In this document: in pieces, positions 18,833 to 29,443 of the stretch | Layout of the letters: every line of letters begins with the position of its first letter | Numbering within the stretch: the first letter of the stretch is position 1 | Source of the DNA: Candidatus Latescibacterota bacterium | GTDB taxonomy: Bacteria; Latescibacterota; CBDEFO01 | DNA length: 64,000 nt | NCBI GenBank assembly: GCA_965237525.1 | Contig: CBDEFO010000006.1 | Span: 32,001 to 96,000 of the forward strand | Direction of reading: 5' to 3' | Translations under genes and position numbers: made by a program | Notes under the pieces: generated by a model | Told to the model about the DNA's origin: nothing | The model's input: only the letters and a program-made list of their open reading frames with translations | Databases searched by the model: none

Positions 18833-20605
18833 TTATCTTCTAATAGGAAGCACTATATGCGACGGCCGCTCGGCATCGTGAAACAGAGTGTTCAGTGCGA
18901 CCTTTCCTACGGCTTCTTTTCCGAACTCTCCCCCCGTATTCAGGTTGCGGTCCCACCGCGGGAAGTTGCTGCTTGAGATCGATACCCTTATCCTGTGACC
19001 CTCTCTAAAAAGATTGCTGGTAGCCCAGAGATCTACTTCGTAGCGATAGACCACCTCGGGAGTTATCAGCGATGGGCGTTGTCTCGATTCTCTGTAGCGG
19101 GCGCGAATGATCCCGTCGGCTATCAGGATGGAGCTTCCACCCCCGATTAAATCGGGGGGATGGACATCGCAAAGTTTAACGACCCAATCCGTGTCAGGGG
19201 CGGATGACATGCCGTAAAGGACGCAGATAACTGGCCCTGTGACCTCTACTTCCTCTTTGAGCGGCTCTGTAGTGTAGGTCAGGCTCAGTACCTCCACATC
19301 CCTCTGATCAAAAGGACCGGGAGGGATTCCAAGGGTCCCTCCTCCCTTGGTGGGCAGCGACTTTCGGGGATCGTAGATGTAGCTGTCCGGACTTTCCGCG
19401 TTCCCAGGATGAACGGTACTTAAAGTCCCATCGTTGAGCGATTCTACCGATCCACTCTTTCGGCTGCCAAAGTAGTATTCGGTGTATTGGACGCTGTCAG
19501 GGGGCCAGTTGTCCTCATATCTCCACTCGTTCCTACCCATAACGAATATCTTTACGGGCGGCTCTGTGTCAATGCCGTTCTGGATTCCTTTGAGATAATA
19601 GTCGAACCATCTCAAGCGGAAGGGATTCGGATCAACGGCTGCCTCAGGACCAAAGTCCATGCCTGCAAGTTGGGACTTCCTCATCTCGCCCGGGCCGTGG
19701 GCCCAGGGACCCACGATCAGCCTCTGGCCCTTTCTGGCTCTTTCGGACATCCCCTTTTCTCTAATCCCCTTAAAGTTCTCCAGAGTACCCCTCAGGAAGA
19801 TGTCGTACCAGGCGCCCAGATGGTAGATGGGAACATCTACCTGGTCGTGCTTCAGAGCGACATTCCACTGTCGCCAGTAGGGACCGTCATGGGGATGCTC
19901 CAACCATTCCTTATACCAGTCGCTTAAGCCGTCCAGAAGCGGCATCGAGCACAGGGGCAGGAAACTATACCAACTGTCGATCTCCTCTAAGGCCTTTTCA
20001 AGTCTCTTTTTTGTGCCTTCGAACTTGTCTTTTTCCACAAGGTGCGCAAGATTCTTTACAGTGAGGGACCCAAGAGCCCAACTCAGACTGAAAGCCAGTT
20101 CAAACGCTCCGCCTCTGTAGGCCCATTCCTCGTGATAGTCCGAGGACGACTCCCTTGCGACCATGGCAACAAGATGAGGAGGTCGCGTCGGGGCCAAGCG
20201 GTATTGAGTAACACCCGTGTAGGATCCTCCTATGGTTCCCACCTTACCGTTTGACCAGGGCTGGAGAGCCGCCCATTCAACAGTATCGTATCCGTCTCTA
20301 TTTTCGTTCCATCCTTCGTGCTGGAACGGATAGAAATCCCCCCCAGACTTGAAGCTCCCCCTGACATCCTGGATTACAACGGCATATCCCCTTTCTGCGA
20401 AGAACTCAGGGGATCCGATGCTCACCTCCCCGCACTCTTCTTTGTTGTAAGGAGTCCGTTCTATCAGCACCGGGAAGGGACCCTCCCCGTCGGGAAGATA
20501 TACATCCGAGTACAACTTTGTCCTATCCCGCATAGCCGCCACCACATCTTTTTGAACTTTGACCTTATAGATAGGTTCAGATCCTCTTGATCTCTCCCGG
20601 GGCAT
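18833..20605 (-). CDS. CocE/NonD family hydrolase (S15)
   Basis: RTPYNK, QDVRG, GGSYTG nucleophile, GPWAH, SSSNFPRWDRN. Confidence 0.92.
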   Translation of the reverse strand: MPRERSRGSEPIYKVKVQKDVVAAMRDRTKLYSDVYLPDGEGPFPVLIERTPYNKEECGEVSIGSPEFFAERGYAVVIQDVRGSFKSGGDFYPFQHEGWNENRDGYDTVEWAALQPWSNGKVGTIGGSYTGVTQYRLAPTRPPHLVAMVARESSSDYHEEWAYRGGAFELAFSLSWALGSLTVKNLAHLVEKDKFEGTKKRLEKALEEIDSWYSFLPLCSMPLLDGLSDWYKEWLEHPHDGPYWRQWNVALKHDQVDVPIYHLGAWYDIFLRGTLENFKGIREKGMSERARKGQRLIVGPWAHGPGEMRKSQLAGMDFGPEAAVDPNPFRLRWFDYYLKGIQNGIDTEPPVKIFVMGRNEWRYEDNWPPDSVQYTEYYFGSRKSGSVESLNDGTLSTVHPGNAESPDSYIYDPRKSLPTKGGGTLGIPPGPFDQRDVEVLSLTYTTEPLKEEVEVTGPVICVLYGMSSAPDTDWVVKLCDVHPPDLIGGGSSILIADGIIRARYRESRQRPSLITPEVVYRYEVDLWATSNLFREGHRIRVSISSSNFPRWDRNLNTGGEFGKEAVGKVALNTLFHDAERPSHIVLPIRR

Positions 20606-20860
20606 GCGATTCTCCGTTCCCCACTACCTCAAAGTAACACGCGCATATCCTGACCACTGAGGCAGCTCTACCTATACGTCTTGCATAATATATTAAAGAC
20701 TGCCTTTGTGTCAAGAACTTTTGTAGCGGAACACTGTGATTCGGAAAGGTTGAATTCTCCGAGTTACCGCTTTGTCTACAGAAAATCCTTGTTTTCTACT
20801 AAAAATCCAGTATATTAAATACACTGGCGTATTGATAAGTATATCGCATGGAGAGAGCGC

Positions 20861-21505
20861 ATGATCAACTACAATTCAAAGTTGATGTCTAAAGTGACTG
20901 GTGCATCCATTCGTCAAATAGACTACTGGGATCGGACAGGATTGGTTAAGCCATCGGTGCAGATAGCCCTTGGGAAAGGCATCCCTAGACTCTATTCTTT
21001 TACTGACATCGTTCAAATGAAGACCGTTGTCGTATTGAGGGGTCAAGGCATCAGCTTGCAGAAGATTCGGAAGTGCATCGCCTATCTAAAAGCGCATCTT
21101 CCAGAAATCGAGGCTCCGTTGTCTGAGCTTAAATTGGTTACAGATGGAGAGAGGATCTTTGTCCTTACAGATGATCCTAAAGTCGTTATGGACACCTTGA
21201 AGAGAGGACAATTAATATTGAGTTTTTCCATTGGGAAATTGGTGCAGGAGATTAGAGTGGCAGTCGAGAAACTGACGATGAAGCAGACAGAAACGGTCCA
21301 AATGGGAGACTTTGCCTATCAAGTGGTGATTGAAACCGATCCAGAGGATGGAGGATATGTGGTGGAGTGTCCGGCTATTGCCGGTTGTGCATCTCAGGGG
21401 GAGACGCGGGAGGAAGCTCTGGAGATGATAAAGGATGCGATTATTGCATGCTTGGAAGTGATCGAGGAGAGAAAGGGAAAGACCGTTGCCATGGGGACTG
21501 AATAA
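20861..21505 (+). CDS. MerR-type HTH protein fused to a HicB-like antitoxin domain
   Basis: RQIDYWDRTGLVKPS..RLYSF (MerR); GGYVVECPAIAGCASQGETREEALEMIKDAI (HicB). Confidence 0.8.
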   Translation: MINYNSKLMSKVTGASIRQIDYWDRTGLVKPSVQIALGKGIPRLYSFTDIVQMKTVVVLRGQGISLQKIRKCIAYLKAHLPEIEAPLSELKLVTDGERIFVLTDDPKVVMDTLKRGQLILSFSIGKLVQEIRVAVEKLTMKQTETVQMGDFAYQVVIETDPEDGGYVVECPAIAGCASQGETREEALEMIKDAIIACLEVIEERKGKTVAMGTE

Positions 21506-21719
21506 CCTTCCGACAAACAGGGTTTTGAAAGCCTTTCAACGGGCAGGATGGTATGAAAGACCTCGAAAGAATAAGGGACCTCACTATGTTTTAACGAAAG
21601 AAGGACACAAAGCGATCCTGTCTATCCCTAGGCATCGGAGAGTCAAAAAGGGATTATTGTTAAAGCAGATAAAAATAGCTGGAATGACTGTAGATGAATT
21701 CTTAGCGCTCTATGAGTGA
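21486..21719 (+). CDS. hicA: HicA family toxin
   Basis: KGPHYVL..LSIPRH..KKGLLLKQIKIAG. Confidence 0.8.
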   Translation: MPWGLNNLPTNRVLKAFQRAGWYERPRKNKGPHYVLTKEGHKAILSIPRHRRVKKGLLLKQIKIAGMTVDEFLALYE

Positions 21720-21825
21720 CTGCTCCCGCGCATAAAGAGGTTATAAAGGGTTTAATAGTATTAAGAATAGAAATCACAACCTCCGGAAACTACACCGGAA
21801 ACTACAATAGATAAGGAGCCTAAAA

Positions 21826-22269
21826 ATGAGTGTGAAGAACATAAATCCAGAAGAGGCGTCAAGGCTTATGGATGAGGAGGACTACAGCTACATAGATGTG
21901 CGTTCGATTCCCGAATTCACAGAGGGTCATCCTCAGAACGCCCTGAATATCCCGCTACTTCACAAGGATGCGGTCACAGGACAGATGATACCCAACGACG
22001 ATTTTCTCAAAGTCGTCGAGGCAAATTTCCCCCAAGACTGCAAACTGATATTGGGCTGTCAGGCAGGACAGCGCTCGGCTTATGCGGCAGAGACGCTGGA
22101 GAGAGAGGGCTACAAGGATGTACTCAACATGGCAGGTGGCTTCGGAGGAGCTAAGGATGCCATGGGCAGAATCGTCCAGAAGGGATGGGCTGAACTCGGC
22201 TTGCCTGTTTCAGACGACAGCGGAGAAGGCGTAAGCTACGAGTCATTGGAGGCTAAAGCTCAGAAGTAA
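21826..22269 (+). CDS. Rhodanese-like protein
   Basis: IDVRSIPEFTEGHP, GCQAGQRS, MAGGF. Confidence 0.9.
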   Translation: MSVKNINPEEASRLMDEEDYSYIDVRSIPEFTEGHPQNALNIPLLHKDAVTGQMIPNDDFLKVVEANFPQDCKLILGCQAGQRSAYAAETLEREGYKDVLNMAGGFGGAKDAMGRIVQKGWAELGLPVSDDSGEGVSYESLEAKAQK

Positions 22270-22279
22270 GAGGACGGTT

Positions 22280-23641
22280 TTAGAGCTTCGACGCCAGAGC
22301 AACAGCTTTCTTGCCCCTGTGAACCACACCCCGTAGAGCATCTATAGCCTCTAAATATATCACGTAAATTCCCATCTTAAGCCTGACGCCGTCTGCGTCT
22401 CTTCCGTCCCACACAACCGATCTTGATGATCCGCTTGGACGGGCGTTGAGCACTTTGCGGACCCTCCTGCCCTGACTGTCATAGATCCACAGGCTGACTT
22501 GTGTGGCAGATGACGGGATAGTATATGAGATCGTAGTCGTGGCCACAAACGGATTTGGAGAGACCTCTATATCCACCTCGGACGGAAGACTCTCAGCAAA
22601 GACGCTGTTATCCTCTCCCGGTGTACTCCCGTCATCTGAAGCGGAAGGAAACCAGTTGAACGGATCTAAGCTTCCTCCATCTGGGTCTATCCGCTCCAGG
22701 GATATTCCATCTACCCCCCTTTCACCGTCGTAGGAAAGGCTATCTATCGTAACACCTCTGGGATCTCTAATAACGACAGAATCCCCATCGTTATTAAGGC
22801 TCGGCCATCTTCCCGGAGGGGAAAGAGCCACAATCCCGCCCATCTTTTCAAAGATCGCTTTGCTCTCATAGACGACTACATATCCCCCAGGCGGAACTAT
22901 GTGCGTTTCTTCGGATATTATGAGATCGGAATTTGACCTTTCATCCGCCAATGTCCACAATAAAAGGTCAGCCCCTTCATCAGACCTGTTAAATAGTTCC
23001 ACCCATTCGCTCTGGCCATCGGGCGGATCGAACATAATCTCATTGATTACTACCTGATCCGGTCTGACGATCTCGACGATAAAGTCCATATCTACACTAT
23101 TTGTGGCCCCTGGCGTCCCGCCGCTTATCCTCGAATCCCTCCAATTATCCGAACTGTCCTCCCCTTCAAGGTCTATCTTCTCGTCCGAGTGACCGTCTCT
23201 ATTCTCCGAAGTGTAAGTATATGACGCCACAACTGCCCCATCCCTACCCTTAAGTATCACCGTCCCCTTTGAATTGGAGAGTCCCCTTGACCCGAAAGCC
23301 CTACCGTCGATGCTCAGTATCAAAGCATCTTCCGGGAGAGGATCATAGACCCTCGATTCATCCGAAAGATAGCTGGAATCCAGAATCAGACCGAACTGCC
23401 GCGGTTCCAAGACTGTCCCCTCATCTGTCTCCACAATCTCGTCATCCCTTAGGCTATCTCCCACAGTCCATCCCTCAATATCGACCGCATCTATATTGCT
23501 GGTGTTGAATATCTCTACGTACTCGTTCAGGCTCTCATTCCCCGACGGATTGAACATGACCTCTGAAAGGACGATCGGACTCTCTGCAGAAGCCGATTCA
23601 AAGTACAGGGCAATGAGCATGAAAAGAGACAGAAGTGCCAT
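22280..23641 (-). CDS. Secreted protein with two lamin-tail domains and a FlgD-like C-terminus
   Basis: SEVMFNP..EYVEI and INEIMFDP..EWVEL, GTPG..NS twice, SPNPF..WDGRD. Confidence 0.8.
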   Translation of the reverse strand: MALLSLFMLIALYFESASAESPIVLSEVMFNPSGNESLNEYVEIFNTSNIDAVDIEGWTVGDSLRDDEIVETDEGTVLEPRQFGLILDSSYLSDESRVYDPLPEDALILSIDGRAFGSRGLSNSKGTVILKGRDGAVVASYTYTSENRDGHSDEKIDLEGEDSSDNWRDSRISGGTPGATNSVDMDFIVEIVRPDQVVINEIMFDPPDGQSEWVELFNRSDEGADLLLWTLADERSNSDLIISEETHIVPPGGYVVVYESKAIFEKMGGIVALSPPGRWPSLNNDGDSVVIRDPRGVTIDSLSYDGERGVDGISLERIDPDGGSLDPFNWFPSASDDGSTPGEDNSVFAESLPSEVDIEVSPNPFVATTTISYTIPSSATQVSLWIYDSQGRRVRKVLNARPSGSSRSVVWDGRDADGVRLKMGIYVIYLEAIDALRGVVHRGKKAVALASKL

Positions 23642-23646
23642 ACGAT

Positions 23647-24012
23647 TCAGTCCTGAGGCTTACCCCAGATTATCACCAGTTTTAGGGGTTTCTCTCCAGT
23701 GTTGCTAAAGCCGTGGTCGGCACCGGGAGGCACCAGCACCGAGTCTCCGGCGGCAACGGGGACATCCTGGCCTTCGACCCACATAGTCCCCGTGCCCTCC
23801 AGGAAATAATAAATCTCCTCCAGCGAACCCTCGCCCTCGTGGGTGTGGCTCCCCTCACTGACGCCCGGGTCCAGCTCCCAAACCTGAAAGTTGATCGGAA
23901 GCTGGCTTATTCCCTCAAAGAACCCCCGCGTCTTGATGGCGCCGTCGCCGCCGTGAATGGCCTGTACATCCACAACTTCCGTGGACTCGTTCTCCTTCCA
24001 GTACATATTCAT
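23647..24012 (-). CDS. Cupin domain protein
   Basis: GSHTHE..EEIYYFLEG..PPGADHG. Confidence 0.85.
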   Translation of the reverse strand: MNMYWKENESTEVVDVQAIHGGDGAIKTRGFFEGISQLPINFQVWELDPGVSEGSHTHEGEGSLEEIYYFLEGTGTMWVEGQDVPVAAGDSVLVPPGADHGFSNTGEKPLKLVIIWGKPQD

Positions 24013-24039
24013 CTCCTTATTGAGTGTCGTCTATTTTCC

Positions 24040-24633
24040 CTATATCTTTTCCTGCATCATCTTTTCTTTGCCAATATCCTCCAGATTCTCCTTCAACCTC
24101 CGATACGTCTCCTCCAACCTCTCCATTGCCCTTCTGGCCATATCTTCAATCCTCTCCTCCAATTCCATCTTTCTTCTTTCGATTTTCTCCATTATGTCCC
24201 GACTTTGATCACCCATCCCTCTTTCTCTGTGCTCCAGCTCCCTCCAAATTGCCCTGGCTCTGTTCCTCTGCTCATCAGTTAAGACCTTTTCGATCTCCTT
24301 TGGCGCCTTGATAGAATTGAACTCAATCTCGGCCCTCAGAGATGCTATCTCAGAAAGCTTGGCCTTCACCCTGGTTAAGTCCACGTCGTCCTGATGGAGG
24401 AGCTCATCCAGCTCCACGCGGGCTATCTCCAGAGCCGCCTCTTTCTTTATAGCCTCCTTCCTTGCCGCTGCCCCGATGGACTTTATCTTCTTCAACTGAT
24501 CATCTGAAAGATCTAACTTCTCGCTGAACCTTACATAGAACTCCGGGAACTCCGGTCCCATCCTTGCCCAACCATCAGTTGATATTCCCGACAAGAATAG
24601 AACTGAAACCAAGGATGCTTTTATCAATTTCAT
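24040..24633 (-). CDS. Spy/CpxP family periplasmic chaperone-like protein
   Basis: Signal peptide, LDLSDDQ and VLTDEQR (LTxxQ motifs). Confidence 0.75.
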   Translation of the reverse strand: MKLIKASLVSVLFLSGISTDGWARMGPEFPEFYVRFSEKLDLSDDQLKKIKSIGAAARKEAIKKEAALEIARVELDELLHQDDVDLTRVKAKLSEIASLRAEIEFNSIKAPKEIEKVLTDEQRNRARAIWRELEHRERGMGDQSRDIMEKIERRKMELEERIEDMARRAMERLEETYRRLKENLEDIGKEKMMQEKI

Positions 24634-24733
24634 TTCCACACCCCCTGTCATCCTCTTAGTTGCGTATTCGTTATTAGACACCATTGCCCATAGCTGGCGC
24701 GAGGCTTACAAGGTTTCCTATTCTAGCAGTCTG

Positions 24734-26539
24734 CTAAGCATTTCTCTGCTGAAACTCTGGTTCCTCTTCACGGAGCCGATCATCCATATCCGCTTCCATG
24801 CTCAGTTTCCGAAACATATTTGTAAAGTTAGCTCCCCTACTTCTGCTGGCCATCTTTCGCTTTATCTCCGCATCATCTGCGTCTATCTCTATCATTTCCT
24901 GCATCCAAATCTTGACTGCATATTTGTAGTATATCGAAAACATATCCTTACGGTTTTGGAGTGTTTTCCGGGCATTGGACAGGAAATCTCTCGTGCGTTC
25001 ATATTCCTTTTTTATATCAGATCCATCCTGCTTCCGGTCAGCTATATTTATCTTTACTGCACCACACAATGCTAAGATGCTGACAAAGCATCTGTAAGAT
25101 GGGTTGTCCTCTTTATAGAATCGTTGAAACATTCCGGCATATGATGGATCTTTGAAGGTGTTTTCTGCTTCTTTCAGACCTTCCTGAGATGCACCTTGAA
25201 GTGCAAACAGCACTTCAAAGACCTTCGTCCCATCAGGCTCTTCTTGGTAAAACCTGTCAATCAGGTCCTTCTTAAGATGCAGATAGCTGACGTCAAATAC
25301 GTTGTTCGGAGTTTGACTGAAGAGCCCAATATATAGAAGTCGAGTTTCGCGATAGGCTACCCTAAGATCGTAGATTTCATCTATGACCTGGAACGCTGAT
25401 CTCTCACCGTCGTCAACCCGAACACCTAGCGGAGTCGCAGCCTTCTTCGCGAGTTGTGGCCTCAGATTGCGAGCAATTTCAAGATCAATGTCAGTCACAG
25501 AGTTCTGAAAGTTTGCTGCTTTTGCAATGTCCCAAGAATCGGTGGTTTGAACCACCTTCACCGGAACATCGCATAATTGTTCCGCATAGTTGACTACACA
25601 CATAGTCGTTTGACAACCATTGACAACACTGCCTCCGCTCAGTTCAAGTTGATTCCGGGATTCGTTCAGCTTTACTTCGTCTGCTCTAAACACAATACCA
25701 TTGTTTCTCTGAAGCATTTTGTCTGGGAACCTGGTAACAGTCTTGATAATATCATGGTTGGGAGTTGTCCTTTCTGCTCTTTCCGCGCTCTGGCCCCTAG
25801 ATGGTCCAAGAAAGTCTCGGATATTTTCAAAAAATAGAGCATCGCCGAACTCGTCATAGAGCTTTTGCAGTTCCCTGCCTGATATGATTCTAAAAAAAAC
25901 GTTATCTTTGTGGATAACTTGTGTTTCCAAATGCAGGACCACATCACTCCGAAGGGAATGCATTTTGCTATAAGCAGCCCGCAGAATGGAAAATATCTGA
26001 TGCCCATCAACAAAGAATAGACGGCGTTCTGCGACACACTTCCGATAGAAATCATTAGAAGCAAGCCCACTCTTTTTATAGCTTTTTAGGACATTTTCCA
26101 GAGGTGAAAGTGTCGCCACTAGAAAATGGGGTGGCCGGTCGTCGAAAGCAGCAAACTCAAACAATTGAGTTTGCTGGCCTGGGAATTCCGAGTGATGTGT
26201 AGCCAGATAAGCTTTGAACTGGCTGACAATGGAATCGATTGTAGCTGCCCGATCAATCCACGATCTTGCTTGGATGTAGAGGACTGAACGATCGTCCTTG
26301 CCCTGAGCAAGCAGATCAACTCCCTCATCACCCGACTTCTTCTCACTCAATTCTGGAAGACCAAAATCGGAGCCTATCTCTGTTTGTGGGACTAGTCTCT
26401 GCACAAAGTGCGCGAATCTGTCGCCTTTCTCGGTTGTGGACAAACCCTCAAGTTGCCCTCTGATGTGTTGTTTGAGAGAATTATAGGATGTCAAGTACTC
26501 AGGAAAATCCTGATCCTGTTGGTCAATTTGATGTGTCAT
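24734..26539 (-). CDS. AIPR family protein with N-terminal nuclease-like region
   Basis: LFFENIRDFLG, NNGI, VVNGCQT, ANFQN; N-terminal GDEGVD..IQAR; AAGGAG before ATG 26539. Confidence 0.82.
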   Translation of the reverse strand: MTHQIDQQDQDFPEYLTSYNSLKQHIRGQLEGLSTTEKGDRFAHFVQRLVPQTEIGSDFGLPELSEKKSGDEGVDLLAQGKDDRSVLYIQARSWIDRAATIDSIVSQFKAYLATHHSEFPGQQTQLFEFAAFDDRPPHFLVATLSPLENVLKSYKKSGLASNDFYRKCVAERRLFFVDGHQIFSILRAAYSKMHSLRSDVVLHLETQVIHKDNVFFRIISGRELQKLYDEFGDALFFENIRDFLGPSRGQSAERAERTTPNHDIIKTVTRFPDKMLQRNNGIVFRADEVKLNESRNQLELSGGSVVNGCQTTMCVVNYAEQLCDVPVKVVQTTDSWDIAKAANFQNSVTDIDLEIARNLRPQLAKKAATPLGVRVDDGERSAFQVIDEIYDLRVAYRETRLLYIGLFSQTPNNVFDVSYLHLKKDLIDRFYQEEPDGTKVFEVLFALQGASQEGLKEAENTFKDPSYAGMFQRFYKEDNPSYRCFVSILALCGAVKINIADRKQDGSDIKKEYERTRDFLSNARKTLQNRKDMFSIYYKYAVKIWMQEMIEIDADDAEIKRKMASRSRGANFTNMFRKLSMEADMDDRLREEEPEFQQRNA

Positions 26540-26740
26540 TCCATATCTCCTTTCGCTCAGACAGAACAGATTCTGTCGACTAGTGTATGACAATTCATAT
26601 CTATCTCTCGAATAAAATGACGTACTTCTAAATCAAAGTCAATTGTCACCTTCTGAGTCCGATTTGGCAAACAATAATATACTTACATAGGAGACTAAAT
26701 GCAATTTTTTTCTTGCACCTATCTTCAATCTTGCTTAACG

Positions 26741-27702
26741 CCCCCATTCCCCATATTAGACCCGAAAAATGGTTGTCAAAGTCACCAGAACATGTTAGAT
26801 TACAATAAATAAGACTCGTAAATGACGGATAAATATTGATCATCCAGAGGGTGAAAGCATGAATAGGGGATTTGATGGAAGTATTAAGCTTGAATTTCAT
26901 CGTGCGAAGGTGATATCTGACGGTGGTCTTCTTGCGTATCGTAACCTTGATGACGTTTTAGGATTAATCGACTCGATATCTACTGTTTTTAACAATCTGC
27001 GAAGAGGACGTAATATCCAACATGATATGCCCACACTGATGCGTCAATCGGTGTACAGTCGTCTTGCAGGATATGGAGCTGTGAATGATGCTCATCGTTT
27101 ATCAGTTGACCCTGTCATGCGAGCGATTACCGGAAAGGAGGGCAAGCATGCCACCCGCGCCAACACGATAGGACGTTTTGGAACGGAGATACTGACTCAG
27201 TTGGAAAATCTCAACAGCCTGTCAGATATCAATGGTATGTTGGTTCAGAAAGGGATCAGGTGAGGCTCTGGTTATTTGTTCTGACCTATAATCTTGGAAA
27301 CTTTCTAAGGTGGTTGGTTCTTTCAGGGAGAATCAAACACTGATCTCTTGGCAGCCTCCTTGTAAAATTGATCAAGATTGGCGCGAAGATTGTCAGGCAC
27401 AGCAGATACATCACGTTTCAGATGGCTGAGGTTGGGATAGACAAGAGATTATTTGCCGAAATATTATCCCGGATCGAACGATTGCGATGTTGCTCTGTAT
27501 AAACTGCCACATTTTTTTGTGAGTCGATGGAGAGGTGTCTCCGATTGGAGGATTTAAACACAAAGAAAGTGATAATTGAGAGGAAAATACTATTTTAATT
27601 GAAAAAAGTACTTGTTGAAAACTGTAAAAGTGGTAATATTCATTCACAAACAAGATTGTATCGAAATACATTCCCTCATGAATGTGATATGGGGAATGTC
27701 GG
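26741..27702 (+). mobile_element. Internally deleted IS1380-family element (pseudogenised transposase)
   Basis: 16-bp imperfect IRs CCCCCATTCCCCATAT / ATATGGGGAATGTCGG; SDGGLL..RQSVYSRLAGY and YNLGNFLR..KIGAKIVRHSR fragments. Confidence 0.88.
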
Positions 27703-27756
27703 AGTAACCTCCCTTGAAGCTGTTTGAAACTCAGAGGGCAACAGAAGGGCAGCATC

Positions 27757-28539
27757 ATGAGTGATCTTCAAATGCAGCAGTACCTTTTTGATGTGCAAGG
27801 CTACCTGGTGATTGAAGATGTTTTGAGTCCAGAACAAATCGTAACATTCAACCAGCTACTGGACGAGCAAGAACTACCCGCACCAGGGCAGACACAAAGA
27901 TTTGGGAGTGCGCCAGAGGGATCGGGTTTTCTCGAATGGGGCGCCCCCTTTTGTGAGTTACTGGATCATCCTCAGATTACGCCGATCATGCAATTTCGGT
28001 TGGGCGACTGCTTTCGCCTGGATCGGATTTACGGGATGTATATGCATGAGGGGATGCCAAACGGGCACCTGCATGCCGACTACGGTGCCACTGTCCCAAC
28101 CTCCGGCGCTCGGCCGGGGGAATACTATCCCTTCCGCGATAACCAGATTTACAATGGGTTCGTTGTCGTGGCATGGAATATGTCGGACTCAGGGCCAGAC
28201 TTGGGTGGTTTTTGTTGTATTCCCGGCAGCCATAAAAGTAATTTTAAGTTGCCGCAACAGATAGATGAGGCTCGCGAAAAGGCATCGTGTGTGCTCCTTC
28301 CAAGTGCACCGGCCGGTTCAGTGATTCTATTTACCGAGGCGCTGACGCATGGAACAGCCGCCTAGCAGGGAAGGCACGAACGCCGGACTCTACTGTATAA
28401 ATATTGTGTGTCCCACATGGCCTGGACTTCAAAGCGCGTTCGACCACCGGCGAATGTGGAACTGACACCCCGTCAGAAGATTCTCTTCCGTGAGCCTGCC
28501 GATGCATATGGCCACTTCCCCTCGTTGTTTGAGGGTTAG
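27757..28539 (+). pseudogene. Phytanoyl-CoA dioxygenase (PhyH) family with in-frame TAG
   Basis: FDVQGYLV, LHAD, IPGSHK, EALTHGTAA*QGRHERRTLLYKY; TAG at 28363-28365 where Trp is expected. Confidence 0.8.
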
Positions 28540-28627
28540 AAAGTAGAACCTGATGGATAAACAAGTCTAACTTGATTATTTCCGCTGCAAGCGCCCTTCT
28601 GCATGCGAGCCCTGTTGAGTAGGTACA

Positions 28628-28960
28628 ATGACAGTGAAATACGCCGCAATCATCGTAGGAGCGGGATCGGCCGGAGCCGTACTCGCCACCCGCACCTATT
28701 TCCATAAGGCCACCGGACACAGGAGGCGGCATCACCTCCACGAATCCGTCGTTCAAAGAGACGTGAAGGAAGCTGTTCGCCGCGCTGGACTGGCAAAGCG
28801 AGCCTCCTGCCACACCTCTCGAGATTCATTTGCGACACATCTGCTGGAGGATGGCTGCGACATCACCACTGTACAGGAACTTCTCGGACACAAAGACCTT
28901 AAAACCACGATAATCTACACACATGTCATCAACAAGGGCCGCTTGGGTGTTTGTCCGCCC
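28628..28960 (+). pseudogene. intI: Integron integrase C-terminal fragment fused to 22 codons of a GMC oxidoreductase
   Basis: [44 protein letters not shown]; preceded by [15 protein letters not shown]. Confidence 0.82.
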
Positions 28961-29033
28961 GAGATGGTCTTCGGGCAAGGGCCATCTGGGAAATCCCAGA
29001 TCAATCGATTCCAAGCCAGGAGGATAAGTCACT

Positions 29034-29402
29034 ATGACTAATATGTCGTTTAGCAAGTCCGCAGATTGGAAGACCGGTATCCGGACCTACTTTGAGTACC
29101 GGGATCTCGGCATCGTAAAGGCCACCAGGGGCAAGGTGCTCGCGCACGTCATCCGTGCCAAGGAGCCTTGCAGCGGTCCCGGTGGCTATCACACCCACGA
29201 TGTTGAGTTCCAGATGAACTACGTGCTGAACGGCTGGACTCGGGTCGAATTCGAAGACGCTGGTGAGGTCCGCTTCGAGGCCGGCGACAGTTGGCTCCAA
29301 GAGCCCAACATCAAACACGAAGTCCTGGAATACTCCGACGATTTCGAAGTTATGGAGATCTGTATGCCGGCGGATTTCCCGTCCAAGGACGCCCAACGCT
29401 GA
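29034..29402 (+). CDS. Cupin domain protein
   Basis: [25 protein letters not shown]. Confidence 0.82.
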   Translation: MTNMSFSKSADWKTGIRTYFEYRDLGIVKATRGKVLAHVIRAKEPCSGPGGYHTHDVEFQMNYVLNGWTRVEFEDAGEVRFEAGDSWLQEPNIKHEVLEYSDDFEVMEICMPADFPSKDAQR

Positions 29403-29443
29403 TCAATCGGGCGGGGGCGTGCGCGCCTTCAGGGAGGTCACAG

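Noticed and set aside
3751..28539. Genome-wide stop-codon reassignment suggested by several in-frame stops
   Set aside because: The stops replace different expected residues (TAG for E/Q, TAG for W, plus one TAA), and TAG ends conserved genes such as proS and the Rieske gene at normal positions
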